Part shown: piece after piece, positions 30,498 through 39,295 of the stretch
Numbering within the stretch: the stretch's first letter is position 1
How the letters are laid out: every line of letters begins with the position of its first letter
Origin: Candidatus Latescibacterota bacterium
GTDB taxonomy: Bacteria > Latescibacterota > UBA2968 > UBA8231
DNA length: 64,000 nt
Assembly: GCA_965200315.1 (NCBI GenBank)
Contig: OZ241362.1
Coordinates: 352,001-416,000 of the forward strand
Direction: 5' to 3'
Notes under the pieces: generated by a model
What the model was told of the DNA's origin: nothing
The model's database searches: none
Seen by the model: only the letters and a program-made list of their open reading frames with translations
Position numbers and translations under genes: made by a program

Positions 30498-31046
30498 ATG
30501 GGTTTAAGGAAATGGTTCAGTGGTCGCCAAGACGAGGAAGAACCGACCTATCAGGAGTATTCACTCAGCACCATGAAGGTGGGCTTTCTAGTCGATTACG
30601 ACCTCAAAACGTGGCAAGTTACAGGCCGTGGAAGCTATGACTACGAAGGCTATACTACAGAGGAATGGGAATTGCAGGCCGATGGTCAGGTGTGCTTCCT
30701 CGAGTGCGCTATAGAAGACGGCAAAGCCTATTGGACCCTGACGCGGGCGATTGGCATTGACGAAATCGAAGGCGATATTGCGGCGGTGATCATCGCCGAC
30801 GGCGACCCGCCTGAAACTGTACGGTTTGAGGGTGATGAATACGTGGGGAGCACGAGCGATGCGGGCCTGTACCGCAAAGACGGCACCGAGGCGGAGCGCG
30901 AATTTGTCAACTGGTCGTTTGAAGGAGAAGAAGGCAAGGTGCTTTTTATCAGCCAGTGGGGCGAGCGCGACTTTGCCGCGTACGCAGGCTTGGAGGTAGA
31001 AGAATACCAATTCACCGACATCTTGCCGGTGGAGGAGGGCACTTGA
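30498..31046 (+). CDS. DUF4178 domain protein
   Basis: YDLKTWQV, EWEL, PPETVRFEG, ISQWGE..F; acidic; typical context. Confidence 0.8.
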   Translation: MGLRKWFSGRQDEEEPTYQEYSLSTMKVGFLVDYDLKTWQVTGRGSYDYEGYTTEEWELQADGQVCFLECAIEDGKAYWTLTRAIGIDEIEGDIAAVIIADGDPPETVRFEGDEYVGSTSDAGLYRKDGTEAEREFVNWSFEGEEGKVLFISQWGERDFAAYAGLEVEEYQFTDILPVEEGT

Positions 31047-31047
31047 A

Positions 31048-31752
31048 ATGGCTTGGCGCGTTGCGGCCTTGGCGTTGTGGGGCCTGATTGCCTGTGGGTC
31101 AAAAGACCCGGTGCGCGAATTGGTGCGCGACTTAGATCGCTATCCCGAGTACTCCCTGATCGTCGATGATACCCGCATCGAAGATCCCTCATTTTTTCCC
31201 GACTATTTCCTTCGCTTTCAGGTGTTGACCGCTGCGGGACAGCGCGTCGCCGGCCGCGATACCATCGTCTATCAGGAGCGCCGCACTGATTGGATGGAAG
31301 TCCGCGAAGAGACCTTCTACCGCTACAACAACTACGTCGGCATGGTCGTGGCCTCCAAGTCGCTGGACGGTCGCCGCACCGGTACCAATCAAGCGCACCC
31401 GCCCGGCTACCAATACGTCGGCAATCCCCAGTACGGGTTTTGGGGAGGCGGTGGATTTTGGCAATTTTACGGCCAGTACGCGCTGATGCGCGACTTAATG
31501 GGAGGATGGGGTGTTGGCCGCGGCGATTGGGAGGACTATCGCCGCAATCGGGAAAGGGGACGCCCGTACTACGGGCCGGTAAAAGGGGGGCGGCCCACCT
31601 TTGGGTCGCGCGGTTCGCAAACCCAAAAGACGCGACCGCAATTCTACCAACGCCAGCAAAGCCGCCGCCAAGCCTTTAGCGGCCAAGTCAAAAACCGCAT
31701 GGGCCGCACCACCTCTGGGTGGGGAGGCGGGTCCTCGCGCTTTGGAAAATAG
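31048..31752 (+). CDS. Lipoprotein with Gly/Arg-rich tail (PspA-module partner)
   Basis: Lipobox LIAC; PPGYQYVGNPQYG, FWQFYGQYA; low-complexity C-terminus ending SRFGK. Confidence 0.7.
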   Translation: MAWRVAALALWGLIACGSKDPVRELVRDLDRYPEYSLIVDDTRIEDPSFFPDYFLRFQVLTAAGQRVAGRDTIVYQERRTDWMEVREETFYRYNNYVGMVVASKSLDGRRTGTNQAHPPGYQYVGNPQYGFWGGGGFWQFYGQYALMRDLMGGWGVGRGDWEDYRRNRERGRPYYGPVKGGRPTFGSRGSQTQKTRPQFYQRQQSRRQAFSGQVKNRMGRTTSGWGGGSSRFGK

Positions 31753-31762
31753 GGGGAATGCA

Positions 31763-32698
31763 GTGGATATTCTAATGACGATGGCTCAGACCTTAGTCTA
31801 TCTCTTAGAGGCTTTCGTCCTGCTCTTTGTCGCCAAGCAGGTCTATGCCCGGGTTTTTCGCCGGGTCAATCTCAAAGACGAGCTCTACGGCCGCAACAAT
31901 CACGCGCTGGCCGTTGCGGTGGGAGGCTATTTCTTTGGGATTTGCTTGGCGTTGGGGGGGGCGTTGAGCGGCCCTTCGCTGGGTTGGCAAGATCCAGAGG
32001 TGGTGGTGCTTGAAGTCTTGGACGGCGGCGCTCAGCGCGAACAGGCGGTCCGCCACGTCGGGGTCCCCGCTCTGGTGGCTCTGGTCGACCTGCTAGGCAT
32101 TGCTCAGTACGGTCTCTTGGCGATTGTCCTGATGGTCATCGCCGGCGTACTCTGTGAGCGGGTGCTCCTGTTCCACTTCGACAACCGCAAGGAGGTCATT
32201 GAGGATCACAATATGGGGACGGCTTTTGTCGAAGCGGGAATGCACATTGCCAATGGCCTGATCGTTCTGGCTATTGTACTGGGCGAAGGGCCGCTGTGGA
32301 GCGGCGTGGTTTTCTGGCTCCTAGCCCAAGTGGTGCTAGTGGTGGCCGGATTACTCTACGAGTGGATTACTCCCCATTCGATTCACCGCGAACTAGAGCG
32401 CGACAATACTGCGGTTGGCTTGGCCTTCGGCGGTGTGCTGGTGGGCATGGGCAATATCGTCAGCATCGCAGCGGCCGGCGACTACGAAGGGTGGGTCGTC
32501 GGGCTCGCGACCTTTGGCGTGGACGTGGTCTTTGGTTTTGTCGCGCTCTACGCCATTCACAAGTTGACCGATATGCTCTTGGCACCGGGAGTGCGTTTGG
32601 GTGCCGAACAGGTCGAGGAGCAGCCGAATGTGGGGGCTGGGCTTATAGAAGCCTTTGGCTACGTGGGCGGATCGATCCTAATCGTCTGGGTCTTCTGA
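31763..32698 (+). CDS. DUF350 (YjfL-like) domain membrane protein, tandem domains
   Basis: Repeated ELYGRNNHALA / EVIEDHNMGTA / ELERDNTAVG / EQVEEQPNVGAG motifs; start at GTG 31763. Confidence 0.8.
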   Translation: MDILMTMAQTLVYLLEAFVLLFVAKQVYARVFRRVNLKDELYGRNNHALAVAVGGYFFGICLALGGALSGPSLGWQDPEVVVLEVLDGGAQREQAVRHVGVPALVALVDLLGIAQYGLLAIVLMVIAGVLCERVLLFHFDNRKEVIEDHNMGTAFVEAGMHIANGLIVLAIVLGEGPLWSGVVFWLLAQVVLVVAGLLYEWITPHSIHRELERDNTAVGLAFGGVLVGMGNIVSIAAAGDYEGWVVGLATFGVDVVFGFVALYAIHKLTDMLLAPGVRLGAEQVEEQPNVGAGLIEAFGYVGGSILIVWVF

Positions 32699-33712
32699 AC
32701 TACTCCGCCGGCTCCGGTGCCACTGCCACAGCAGGGTGGGGCCACCAACGAAGACATAGGTCAGAGTTGCTAAAGCATGGGTCAACGTGGCGCAGGCCAA
32801 AGCGGTGGCAAGAGGCACCGCGTAGAGGCGGTGCAGGGCTTCGCCGAAGAGGAGGTGATACGAGCCGATCGCCCCGGGCGTCGGAACAATCACGCCTATG
32901 GACGATATGGCCATGATCACCAGCGCGGCGGCGGCGGCGAGGTCGTATGTTTGGTGCAAACCCATACCGATAAAAGCCACGTAGATAATGAACACGTAGG
33001 CTGAGTTGAGCAGGATTGAGCTGACGAGGATTTCAAAGTACGCGGTCGGCTGTTGCCGCAGAGCGGAAAGCCCGCCGATGAAGGTCTCGACGATTTCGAG
33101 GACCCGCTCGCCGCGTCCCCAAGTGAGTCGTGCGAGCAGCGGGCGAATGCTAGTTAAAATTTTTTCCCGATAAACCGATACCAAGACTAAGGCACTCAGC
33201 GCGACCAAGCAGCCGGCTAGGGCTAGCAGGCCGATGGTGTCCCGATCTGCACCGCCCGGCATCCAAAGTACGGGCAGGGCAATATCTATATAGACGACGA
33301 GCCAGAACAAGACGATGAGCCAAAACAGATCGAGAATGCGCTCCACCACGATCGTGGCCATTAGGGCGCTGATGCTCGCCCCGGTGGTCCACTTGAGGCT
33401 GACACACCGCAAGACCTCGCCCGAGCGCGGCACGGCCACATTGGCCGCATAGCATATAGCCAAAGCGAGCGACGCGTTGAGATTGCTCACTTGCGGCGCA
33501 AAGGGCCGCATGAGGACCTGCCAGCGCCAAGCCCGCAATACCAAGGTCCCCAGCGTTGCGACGCACATAACCGCGGCCCAAGCCAGTGAAATGCCGGTCA
33601 TGGCATCCCAGAGTTCCCCGCGGTTTATCCCCTCAAAGGCCCAATAAATAAAAAGCCCCATCAGGCCTAGGCTTAGCCCATACTGGAGGATTTGTTTCAG
33701 GAGCTTGTGCAT
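32678..33712 (-). CDS. Lysylphosphatidylglycerol synthase TM domain (UPF0104) protein
   Basis: RAWRWQVL, PRSGEVLR, VERILD, PTPGAIGSYH. Confidence 0.88.
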   Translation of the reverse strand: MHKLLKQILQYGLSLGLMGLFIYWAFEGINRGELWDAMTGISLAWAAVMCVATLGTLVLRAWRWQVLMRPFAPQVSNLNASLALAICYAANVAVPRSGEVLRCVSLKWTTGASISALMATIVVERILDLFWLIVLFWLVVYIDIALPVLWMPGGADRDTIGLLALAGCLVALSALVLVSVYREKILTSIRPLLARLTWGRGERVLEIVETFIGGLSALRQQPTAYFEILVSSILLNSAYVFIIYVAFIGMGLHQTYDLAAAAALVIMAISSIGVIVPTPGAIGSYHLLFGEALHRLYAVPLATALACATLTHALATLTYVFVGGPTLLWQWHRSRRSSSEDPDD

Positions 33713-33725
33713 CTCACTGGTAAAC

Positions 33726-33758
33726 GCAAAGCAGGGGATCTGGCGACCCCCTGCTGCA
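33726..33758 (-). terminator. Putative intrinsic terminator after cysC
   Basis: AGCAGGGG/CCCCTGCT inverted repeat followed by TTTGCGTTT on the minus strand. Confidence 0.45.
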
Positions 33759-33788
33759 TGGCGGAAGGAATAGGCTGGCTGGATTTGT

Positions 33789-34409
33789 TCAAGCCTGTAT
33801 GGGTTGAATTTTGCCCATTTTCTCTAATAGGTCGATGACCTGCACGGCAGCCTCCGAGGGCGTTGCCATGTTGGTTTTGACGACCAATTCAGGCTCTTCG
33901 GGTTCTTCATAGGGATCTGAAACACCGGTAAAATTGGGTATCTCACCGGCTCGGGCTTTTTTGTAGAGGCCCTTGGGATCGCGCTCTTCACACAGCTCAA
34001 TTGGGGTATCGACAAAAATTTCGACGAAATCGCCCTCTGCCATCAGCGCCCGCACCCCGTCGCGGTCGGCTCGATAGGGGCTGACAAAGCTGGCGAGGGT
34101 TAGGAAACCCCCATCGACAAAGAGCTTTCCTACCTCGCCGATCCGCCGAATGTTTTCCGCCCGGTCGTCAGCGGAAAAGCCCAAATTTTTGTTGAGCCCA
34201 AAGCGAATGTTGTCGCCGTCTAGCACATAGGCTAAATGGCCACGAGCGGCCAAAGCGTGTTCGACTGTATAGGCAATCGTGCTTTTGCCCGAACTCGGCA
34301 AGCCCGTCAGCCAGAGCAAGACCCCTTGTTGGTGCAATAGGCTTTCGCGTTGCTGGCGGCTGACATGGCCCTCGTGTCGGACGATATTGGTCGCTTTAAT
34401 AGCAGTCAA
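33789..34409 (-). CDS. cysC: Adenylyl-sulfate kinase
   Basis: WLTGLPSSGKST, LDGDNIR, ENIRR, RDPKGLY, FTGVSDPYE. Confidence 0.96.
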   Translation of the reverse strand: MTAIKATNIVRHEGHVSRQQRESLLHQQGVLLWLTGLPSSGKSTIAYTVEHALAARGHLAYVLDGDNIRFGLNKNLGFSADDRAENIRRIGEVGKLFVDGGFLTLASFVSPYRADRDGVRALMAEGDFVEIFVDTPIELCEERDPKGLYKKARAGEIPNFTGVSDPYEEPEEPELVVKTNMATPSEAAVQVIDLLEKMGKIQPIQA

Positions 34410-34516
34410 AGTTCACCTCGTGATTTTAGAGATAAGTTCCATGGAAAACTCATAATAACGACCATGCGGCCTTAATTCGTCAAGGAAGCGGCCTAGGTGC
34501 GAGCGGGACTATTTTA

Positions 34517-34546
34517 TTGACGGTTGATAGTTCATATATTTATAAT
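34517..34546 (+). promoter_or_regulatory. Putative sigma70 promoter of the PorV-like gene
   Basis: TTGACG-18 nt-TATAAT in an AT-rich gap; GGAGGAGG RBS before ATG 34595. Confidence 0.6.
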
Positions 34547-34594
34547 ATGACAACATATTACAAGCGCATCTCACCAAGCGGAGGAGGCAAGCGT

Positions 34595-35521
34595 ATGAAA
34601 ATTGCAATTAGCATCACCTGTGCGGCCTTGCTGGCAACGGCCAGCGAGGGTGTAGTCAACATTCAGAATGTGGGTTCGGGGGCGCGCGCCCAGGGGTTGG
34701 GCAACAGCTTTGTGGCGGTGGCCGACAACGCCGATGCGGTGTTTGCCAATCCGGCTGGGTTGGGTCAAGTTTCCCAGCGTCAGGTGGCCTACACCAATGT
34801 GTCGCTTTTGTATGCTGGCATTGAAGGTGACGATCTGGGTCAGCACGTGGTGTCCTATGCGCAGCCGTTGGGCGACAAGCTGGGCTTGGGTTTGGGCTAT
34901 GAGCGGATTGGCTCCTCGCTGATGAGTGAAAACGGGGCGTTTGTGTCGCTGTCGTATCAGGTGGAGCGTCGGCTGCAGGTGGGCGTATCGGCCAAGTATT
35001 TGTTTTGGAGTGTGGGGTCGATTCCCGACGATGACGGGCGTGCCGATCCGCTGTCGAACCAGAGTGCGGGCAATGTCGGGGTTGATTTGGGTTTGCTGTG
35101 GCAGAGTCCGGTGCAAGGGGCGCAGGTGGGGGTGTTGTTGAAGAATCTCAACCAGCCGAATGTGGCCTATGGCAAGGTGGAAGGGGATGCGGATGCGGGT
35201 GCGTTGCCGATGGACGTGCATGTGGGGGTGGGGTATCGTCTGAGCAGTCAGTCGTTGGTTTCGGTTCAGTATGTTCGTCGTGATTTGACGGGTGAGGATT
35301 CGGATCAGGGGTTGGTGGTTGGTGGGGAGACGCAGTTGGTGGAGGGGTTGTTGTTGCGGGCGGGCGGTCGTCGTTTGTTGTCGGAGGACGCCGGCGGTGG
35401 TTTGAATGCGGGGTTGGGGTATCAGTGGAACCAGTTGGTGTTCGACTATGCCTATGACATCGGTTTGGATTTGACCGAGACCAATGGCGCACATCGGTTC
35501 TCCTTCGCATACGAATTCTAA
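34595..35521 (+). CDS. PorV/PorQ (UPF0164)-like outer-membrane beta-barrel
   Basis: Signal peptide, GARAQGLGNSFVAVADNADAVFANPAGL, FDYAY, HRFSFAYEF with C-terminal Phe. Confidence 0.8.
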   Translation: MKIAISITCAALLATASEGVVNIQNVGSGARAQGLGNSFVAVADNADAVFANPAGLGQVSQRQVAYTNVSLLYAGIEGDDLGQHVVSYAQPLGDKLGLGLGYERIGSSLMSENGAFVSLSYQVERRLQVGVSAKYLFWSVGSIPDDDGRADPLSNQSAGNVGVDLGLLWQSPVQGAQVGVLLKNLNQPNVAYGKVEGDADAGALPMDVHVGVGYRLSSQSLVSVQYVRRDLTGEDSDQGLVVGGETQLVEGLLLRAGGRRLLSEDAGGGLNAGLGYQWNQLVFDYAYDIGLDLTETNGAHRFSFAYEF

Positions 35522-35542
35522 AAAAATAAACACCCCGGTGAG

Positions 35543-35578
35543 AAAGGCCGTCCCCCGAGCGGGACGGCCTTTTTGTTT
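35543..35578. terminator. Bidirectional intrinsic terminator
   Basis: AAAGGCCGTCCC/GGGACGGCCTTT hairpin with T-tract, between convergent genes. Confidence 0.75.
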
Positions 35579-36320
35579 ATTCTACGATGTCTTCATCCAC
35601 ATCGGTCACCAAAGTGCCTATGTCTTGACCTCGGCAGATGCGCTCTATGGTTCCCCTGTCAGAGAAGTCAAAAAAGTGCATGGGCATCTTGTGATCGCGC
35701 GCTAACAAGACGGAGGATTGGTCGGCGATGATGAGGTTTTCTTGGATGATCGTGTTGTATTGCATCCGCCGGTACAGCCTCGCGTGGGGATCGGCGTGAG
35801 GGTCGGCTGTAAAGATGCCGCTGACTTGGTTCTTGGCAAAAAGCAGGGCTTGGGACCGCGTCTCAATCGCACGCTGGGCTGCGGTGTAGTCCGTAGTTAC
35901 GTACGGATTGCCGATGCCAGCGGCAAAGATGACTATGTAGTGCTTTTCTAGGTGGTGAATCGCGCGCAGCCGAATAAAAGGCTCGGCTACCGTGTTGATG
36001 GCGATGGCACTCATCACCCGGACTTCGACATCGGATTTAGAGGTGAGGACCCCGCGCAGCATCAGGCTGTTGATCACCGTGCCCATCGTACCGATGTTGT
36101 CGGCTTCGGCCCGTTCAATACCCCACTGATTGGCGAGCGTGCCACGGAATATATTGCCGCCGCCAATGACGATGGATATTTCGACCCCACAGGCGTGCAA
36201 GTTGAGGACTTCGTCGGCAATGTGCTCTAGGGACTCTGGGTCAAAGCCCACGTCGTGCGGGCCGGAGATGGCTTCTCCGCTCAGCTTGAGCAGGACTCGA
36301 TTGTATCGAATAGAGGTCAG
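35577..36320 (-). CDS. pyrH: UMP kinase
   Basis: YNRVLLKLSGE lies upstream of the first canonical start; GGGNIFRG, GNPYVTTD; probable CTG start at 36320. Confidence 0.88.
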   Translation of the reverse strand: MTSIRYNRVLLKLSGEAISGPHDVGFDPESLEHIADEVLNLHACGVEISIVIGGGNIFRGTLANQWGIERAEADNIGTMGTVINSLMLRGVLTSKSDVEVRVMSAIAINTVAEPFIRLRAIHHLEKHYIVIFAAGIGNPYVTTDYTAAQRAIETRSQALLFAKNQVSGIFTADPHADPHARLYRRMQYNTIIQENLIIADQSSVLLARDHKMPMHFFDFSDRGTIERICRGQDIGTLVTDVDEDIVE

Positions 36321-37744
36321 AGTAGTCGCCCCTTTTCGATGGCATGCGCTTCTGGATGGACTGCGGCCAATTCCTCTACCCGGCCGACGAAAAGCTCGAC
36401 TTGCTGGGTGGCCGCGCCCGTGAGGCGACGACTGCGGAAGATCGTGGCGGCGATTTCCTCTTCCCTGAGCGGAAAGCGAGGATCCGCACCCAAGCGACGC
36501 GCCAAATCGCTGGTACTCTGGCCTTGTTCGCGCATGTCGATAGCCGCAGCTAGGGCATGCTCTCTGAGAGCGGTATGGGCCTCTTCGCGGCCAGTGCCTC
36601 GTTGGATGGCCTCCATCAGCAGGGTCGTGGTTGCGAGGAAGGGCAGATAGCGGTCGAGATCGCGGGCGATTACCGCTTCATAGACGCCCATATCGTCGAG
36701 GATGTGGAGCGTGGTTTCGATCATGCCATCAAAGGCGAAGAACCCATCGGGGAGGGCCACGCGGCGCACGACCGAGCAGGAGACATCGCCTTCAAACCAC
36801 TGATCGCCAGCCAGTGCGCCCTGCATGTGGACATAGCCGCCGAGGACGACCTGCAACCCGTTGACTCGCTCGCTGCTGCGGGAGTTCATTTTGTGTGGCA
36901 TGGCCGAAGAGCCGACCTGTCCGGCGGCAAAGCCCTCAGTGAGCATGTCGTGGCCGGCCATCAGGCGGATCACCCGGGCCAAATTGGCAATGCCTGCCCC
37001 AAGTTGGTAGAGGCAGCTTAACACCTCAAAGTCGAGGCTGCGGGGATAGATTTGGCCGACGGCCCCTAGTTCCCGTTGGAAGCCCAGGTGGTGCCGTACG
37101 CGGGCTTGGAGCTGCTCGAGCTTGCCCGCGTCGTCGGCGAGCAGGGTCAGTTGATCGACGGCTGTGCCGACCGCTCCCTTGAGACCCCGCAGGGGATAGC
37201 GCCGGACGAGTTCGTCGAGGCGATCAAAGGCGACCAGCATTTCCTCGCCGAACATGGCAAGGCGCTTGCCAAGCGTCGTGGGTTGCGCAGCCGCGTAGTG
37301 GGTCCTGCCAGCAATTGCGAGTTCCTTCCATTGCAGCGATCGCTGGCCTAGGCGCAAAAGAAGGGCCACGTACTTTACCTGCATGTGTTGCAAGGAGCGG
37401 AGAATCTGGTACTGCTCGACATTGTCGGTCAGATCGCGGCTGGTCATTCCCTTGTGAATGTGCTCAAAGCCGGCCAAGCTGCAAAACTCTTCGATGCGCG
37501 CCTTGACGTCATGCCGCAAAACGGCTTCGCGGTGCGCGATAGATTCGAGGTCAACTTGATCCTTGACGCGCTCGTAGGCGCCTATGGCTGCGGCGGGCAC
37601 ATCGAGCTTTAAGTCGCGCTGTGCTTTGAGGATGGCAATCCACAGTTCACGCTCGAGGACGATGCGCCCGCGCTCAGACCACAGGTCTTGGATCGCTTGG
37701 CTGGCGTAGCGCTGGGCGAGAACGTTGGCAATGGCGGAAGGCAT
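36317..37744 (-). CDS. purB: Adenylosuccinate lyase
   Basis: RHDVKA, HKGMTSRD, GRTH, GSSAMPHKMN. Confidence 0.95.
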   Translation of the reverse strand: MPSAIANVLAQRYASQAIQDLWSERGRIVLERELWIAILKAQRDLKLDVPAAAIGAYERVKDQVDLESIAHREAVLRHDVKARIEEFCSLAGFEHIHKGMTSRDLTDNVEQYQILRSLQHMQVKYVALLLRLGQRSLQWKELAIAGRTHYAAAQPTTLGKRLAMFGEEMLVAFDRLDELVRRYPLRGLKGAVGTAVDQLTLLADDAGKLEQLQARVRHHLGFQRELGAVGQIYPRSLDFEVLSCLYQLGAGIANLARVIRLMAGHDMLTEGFAAGQVGSSAMPHKMNSRSSERVNGLQVVLGGYVHMQGALAGDQWFEGDVSCSVVRRVALPDGFFAFDGMIETTLHILDDMGVYEAVIARDLDRYLPFLATTTLLMEAIQRGTGREEAHTALREHALAAAIDMREQGQSTSDLARRLGADPRFPLREEEIAATIFRSRRLTGAATQQVELFVGRVEELAAVHPEAHAIEKGRLL

Positions 37745-37791
37745 GACGCGACTTATCATAAGCATTGCGCATCATAAACGCCAATGGAGCG

Positions 37792-39198
37792 TCAGATTAG
37801 CCCTAGCCACCGCCAATAGAGTAGGTTGAGCGGACAGAGCAGGACCAAGGATGCCGTGGAAATAAGGCCTTGGGCGAGGATGAGTTGCTGCATGGAGAGT
37901 TGCCGAAAACCATAGGCCACCATGAAAGGTGCCGACTGGTAGGGCAAGAAGGCCAAAGTAGTTGCCATCGCCACGCTGAATGCCGCCGGCAATGGCGCGA
38001 TCCCGTGCTGGGCCCCTAACTCCATTAGGGGGATGGTTGCCACGCCGGCTACAGCGGCGATATCCATCAGGAAATCAAGGGGGAGGGCGACCAAACAAAG
38101 CGACAGGTGCTTGCCCAGCCAGCCGTATTCCTCCAACGCCAGATACTCACTGCAAGCCGCGATGAACAGATGATTAAACCCGGCCGCGTCCAAGGCGTGA
38201 CCCAACGTGAGCAGAGCGACAATGTAGGCTATGAGCGCAAAACGCACCTTGACTAAGTCGCCCAAACGGAGCAGTCCCCAGCGCGGCCAAAGGAACAACG
38301 CCACTAGGCCCAAGCCAATATAGACGGGTTGGATGTGGTGCAAGAAGTCCGTGGCCCACAAGCCCACGCCCGTAAGGAGAATGTACAGGGCGCACCGCTG
38401 GACGCGGGTCAGCGGTGCGCTATTAGAAGAAGGGGTCCGCTGGATAACATGGCCGTCGAGGTGGCGGCCGAAAAGCATCCAGATCACACCGAGCGATACC
38501 AACGTGCGCAAAAAGCCGATGACCGGAAACATCCAATACAGCCAATTGGCCCAAAATATGGGTGCGCCTTGGATTTTTTCGTATTGGCCGGCCAAGACCA
38601 AGTTGGGCACAGAGCCGGTCAAAAGTCCACAACCGCCAAAATACGTGCTGCAAAGCAGAGAGAGCAAAACCGCGGCCTTGAGATGCGGCGATGGACGAAC
38701 GTGCAGGCGCTCGACGAGGGCGATGCCAATCGGCATTAGGAACAGGACGCGGATTACCCCGGACGGGATCAGGAAAGCCATCCCCAGCCCGATCAGGTGC
38801 AATTGGCAAAGTAGGAAAAAGGGGCGTTGCGACAGACGGGACTGAAGCCAAAAAGCCAGCGTATCTCCGAGGCCCGTTTTGGCTACCCCCAAGCTCAGGG
38901 CCATGCCGGCGAGGACGAGCCAGACAGTCTTAGAGACGAAAGGGGCTAGGCTCTGCTCGAAACTCAGTAGGCCAACGGCCGGGATCAGGGCGAGCACTCC
39001 CGCCGAACTCAGGGCGATAGGTATGGGTTCAGTAGTCCAAAAAAACAGGGCAAACAGGGCGATGCCAAGGGCGTTTTGCACGGGGCTAGGCAGTGCAGCA
39101 AAAGGAGCGGCAAAGCCCAAGAGGAGGGCCGCGATACCCAATAGCAAGCCCGCCCATTGTTTGGGCGCTAGCTTGGTCAGAGAGAGTCGGCGGGGCAA
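37792..39198 (-). CDS. SLC13/DASS family permease
   Basis: FWTTEPIP, FLIPSG, LTGSVPN, PYQSAP; highly hydrophobic; start uncertain (39180-39264). Confidence 0.8.
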   Translation of the reverse strand: MPRRLSLTKLAPKQWAGLLLGIAALLLGFAAPFAALPSPVQNALGIALFALFFWTTEPIPIALSSAGVLALIPAVGLLSFEQSLAPFVSKTVWLVLAGMALSLGVAKTGLGDTLAFWLQSRLSQRPFFLLCQLHLIGLGMAFLIPSGVIRVLFLMPIGIALVERLHVRPSPHLKAAVLLSLLCSTYFGGCGLLTGSVPNLVLAGQYEKIQGAPIFWANWLYWMFPVIGFLRTLVSLGVIWMLFGRHLDGHVIQRTPSSNSAPLTRVQRCALYILLTGVGLWATDFLHHIQPVYIGLGLVALFLWPRWGLLRLGDLVKVRFALIAYIVALLTLGHALDAAGFNHLFIAACSEYLALEEYGWLGKHLSLCLVALPLDFLMDIAAVAGVATIPLMELGAQHGIAPLPAAFSVAMATTLAFLPYQSAPFMVAYGFRQLSMQQLILAQGLISTASLVLLCPLNLLYWRWLGLI

Positions 39199-39295
39199 GG
39201 GACCTTGTGGGGCTTGAGGTGGAGCACAAAATAAAAAAGCCCCAGATTTTGGAAAGCGGCCCAAGCCTATTATTTTTGCATAGAGGATACGTGCA

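Noticed and set aside
34571-35533. 320-aa minus-strand ORF rich in His/Gln/Pro
   Set aside because: Shadow of the G/T-skewed PorV-like gene, which has the promoter, RBS and family motifs
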